From Callorhinchus milii (taxonomy: Eukaryota): a stretch of DNA of 64,000 nt. Positions 63,722-64,000 of this stretch are shown piece after piece (within the stretch, counting starts at the first letter, position 1; the number at the start of each line of letters is the position of its first letter). The translations under genes were made by a program, and so were the position numbers. The stretch spans positions 121,522,001-121,586,000 of the forward strand of contig NW_024704742.1 in assembly GCF_018977255.1 (NCBI RefSeq), read 5' to 3'. The notes below the pieces were generated by a model, which was given only the letters and a program-made list of their open reading frames with translations, made no database searches and was not told the origin of the DNA.

Positions 63722-63872
63722 CCCTCAACTCTCTTCCCCCTCCTCGCTCCCTCCCTTCCCTCCCCTCACCCTGACCATTTCCCCTCTTGCTCGGGTCCCG
63801 ACCCAACTGTCCAGCGCCTTGGGACGTCCTCCCGATGTGAAAGGCGCTCTATAAATGCAATCTTGTTGTTGT
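63722..63872 (+). mobile_element. Young L2 3' end in ERCC8 intron 8
   Basis: One 46-bp pyrimidine unit + cagcgccttgggacgtcctcccgatgtgaaaggcgc tail. Confidence 0.88.
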
Positions 63873-64000
63873 TTTGCTGTCTGTGTCACATGACAGGCTA
63901 TTGACATAAGCCTCTGTTTGTGATCCATTAGTACTGGCTATTAATTCTCACACAAAAAGCGCCTCGGATGAATTATTCTTACTTTCTTTGTGTGTCAGCC

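Noticed and set aside
63320..63904. 194-aa ORF
   Set aside because: Chance fusion of SINE, ERCC8 exon 8, intron and L2 tail.

Overview
Eukaryotic (vertebrate) genomic DNA, most likely from a cartilaginous fish, judging by the mix of L2 and CR1 LINEs and tRNA-headed Deu-domain SINEs. The species is an inference. At the right end a CpG-rich bidirectional promoter separates two head-to-head genes. ERCC8/CSA is on the + strand, with coding exons 1-8 at 55979-63635, all GT-AG and in frame, and continues past the window. NDUFAF2 is on the - strand, with exon 1 at 55509-55623. I found no further NDUFAF2 exon, so bases 1-55508 appear to be its very long first intron, filled with L2, CR1 and SINE copies. 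Almost all long ORFs in the supplied track are L2/SINE artefacts. Four structures remain unexplained: (i) a 115-bp ungapped inverted repeat pair (8 mismatches) bracketing 3.8 kb that holds decayed + strand exon-like segments, a candidate unclassified intron-containing DNA transposon; (ii) a 56-nt candidate cassette exon with a stop immediately followed by a Kozak ATG in the NDUFAF2 splice phase; (iii) a pair of ~125-nt paralogous elements 800 bp apart; (iv) a palindrome-bearing minisatellite just inside NDUFAF2 intron 1. None is proven from sequence alone.
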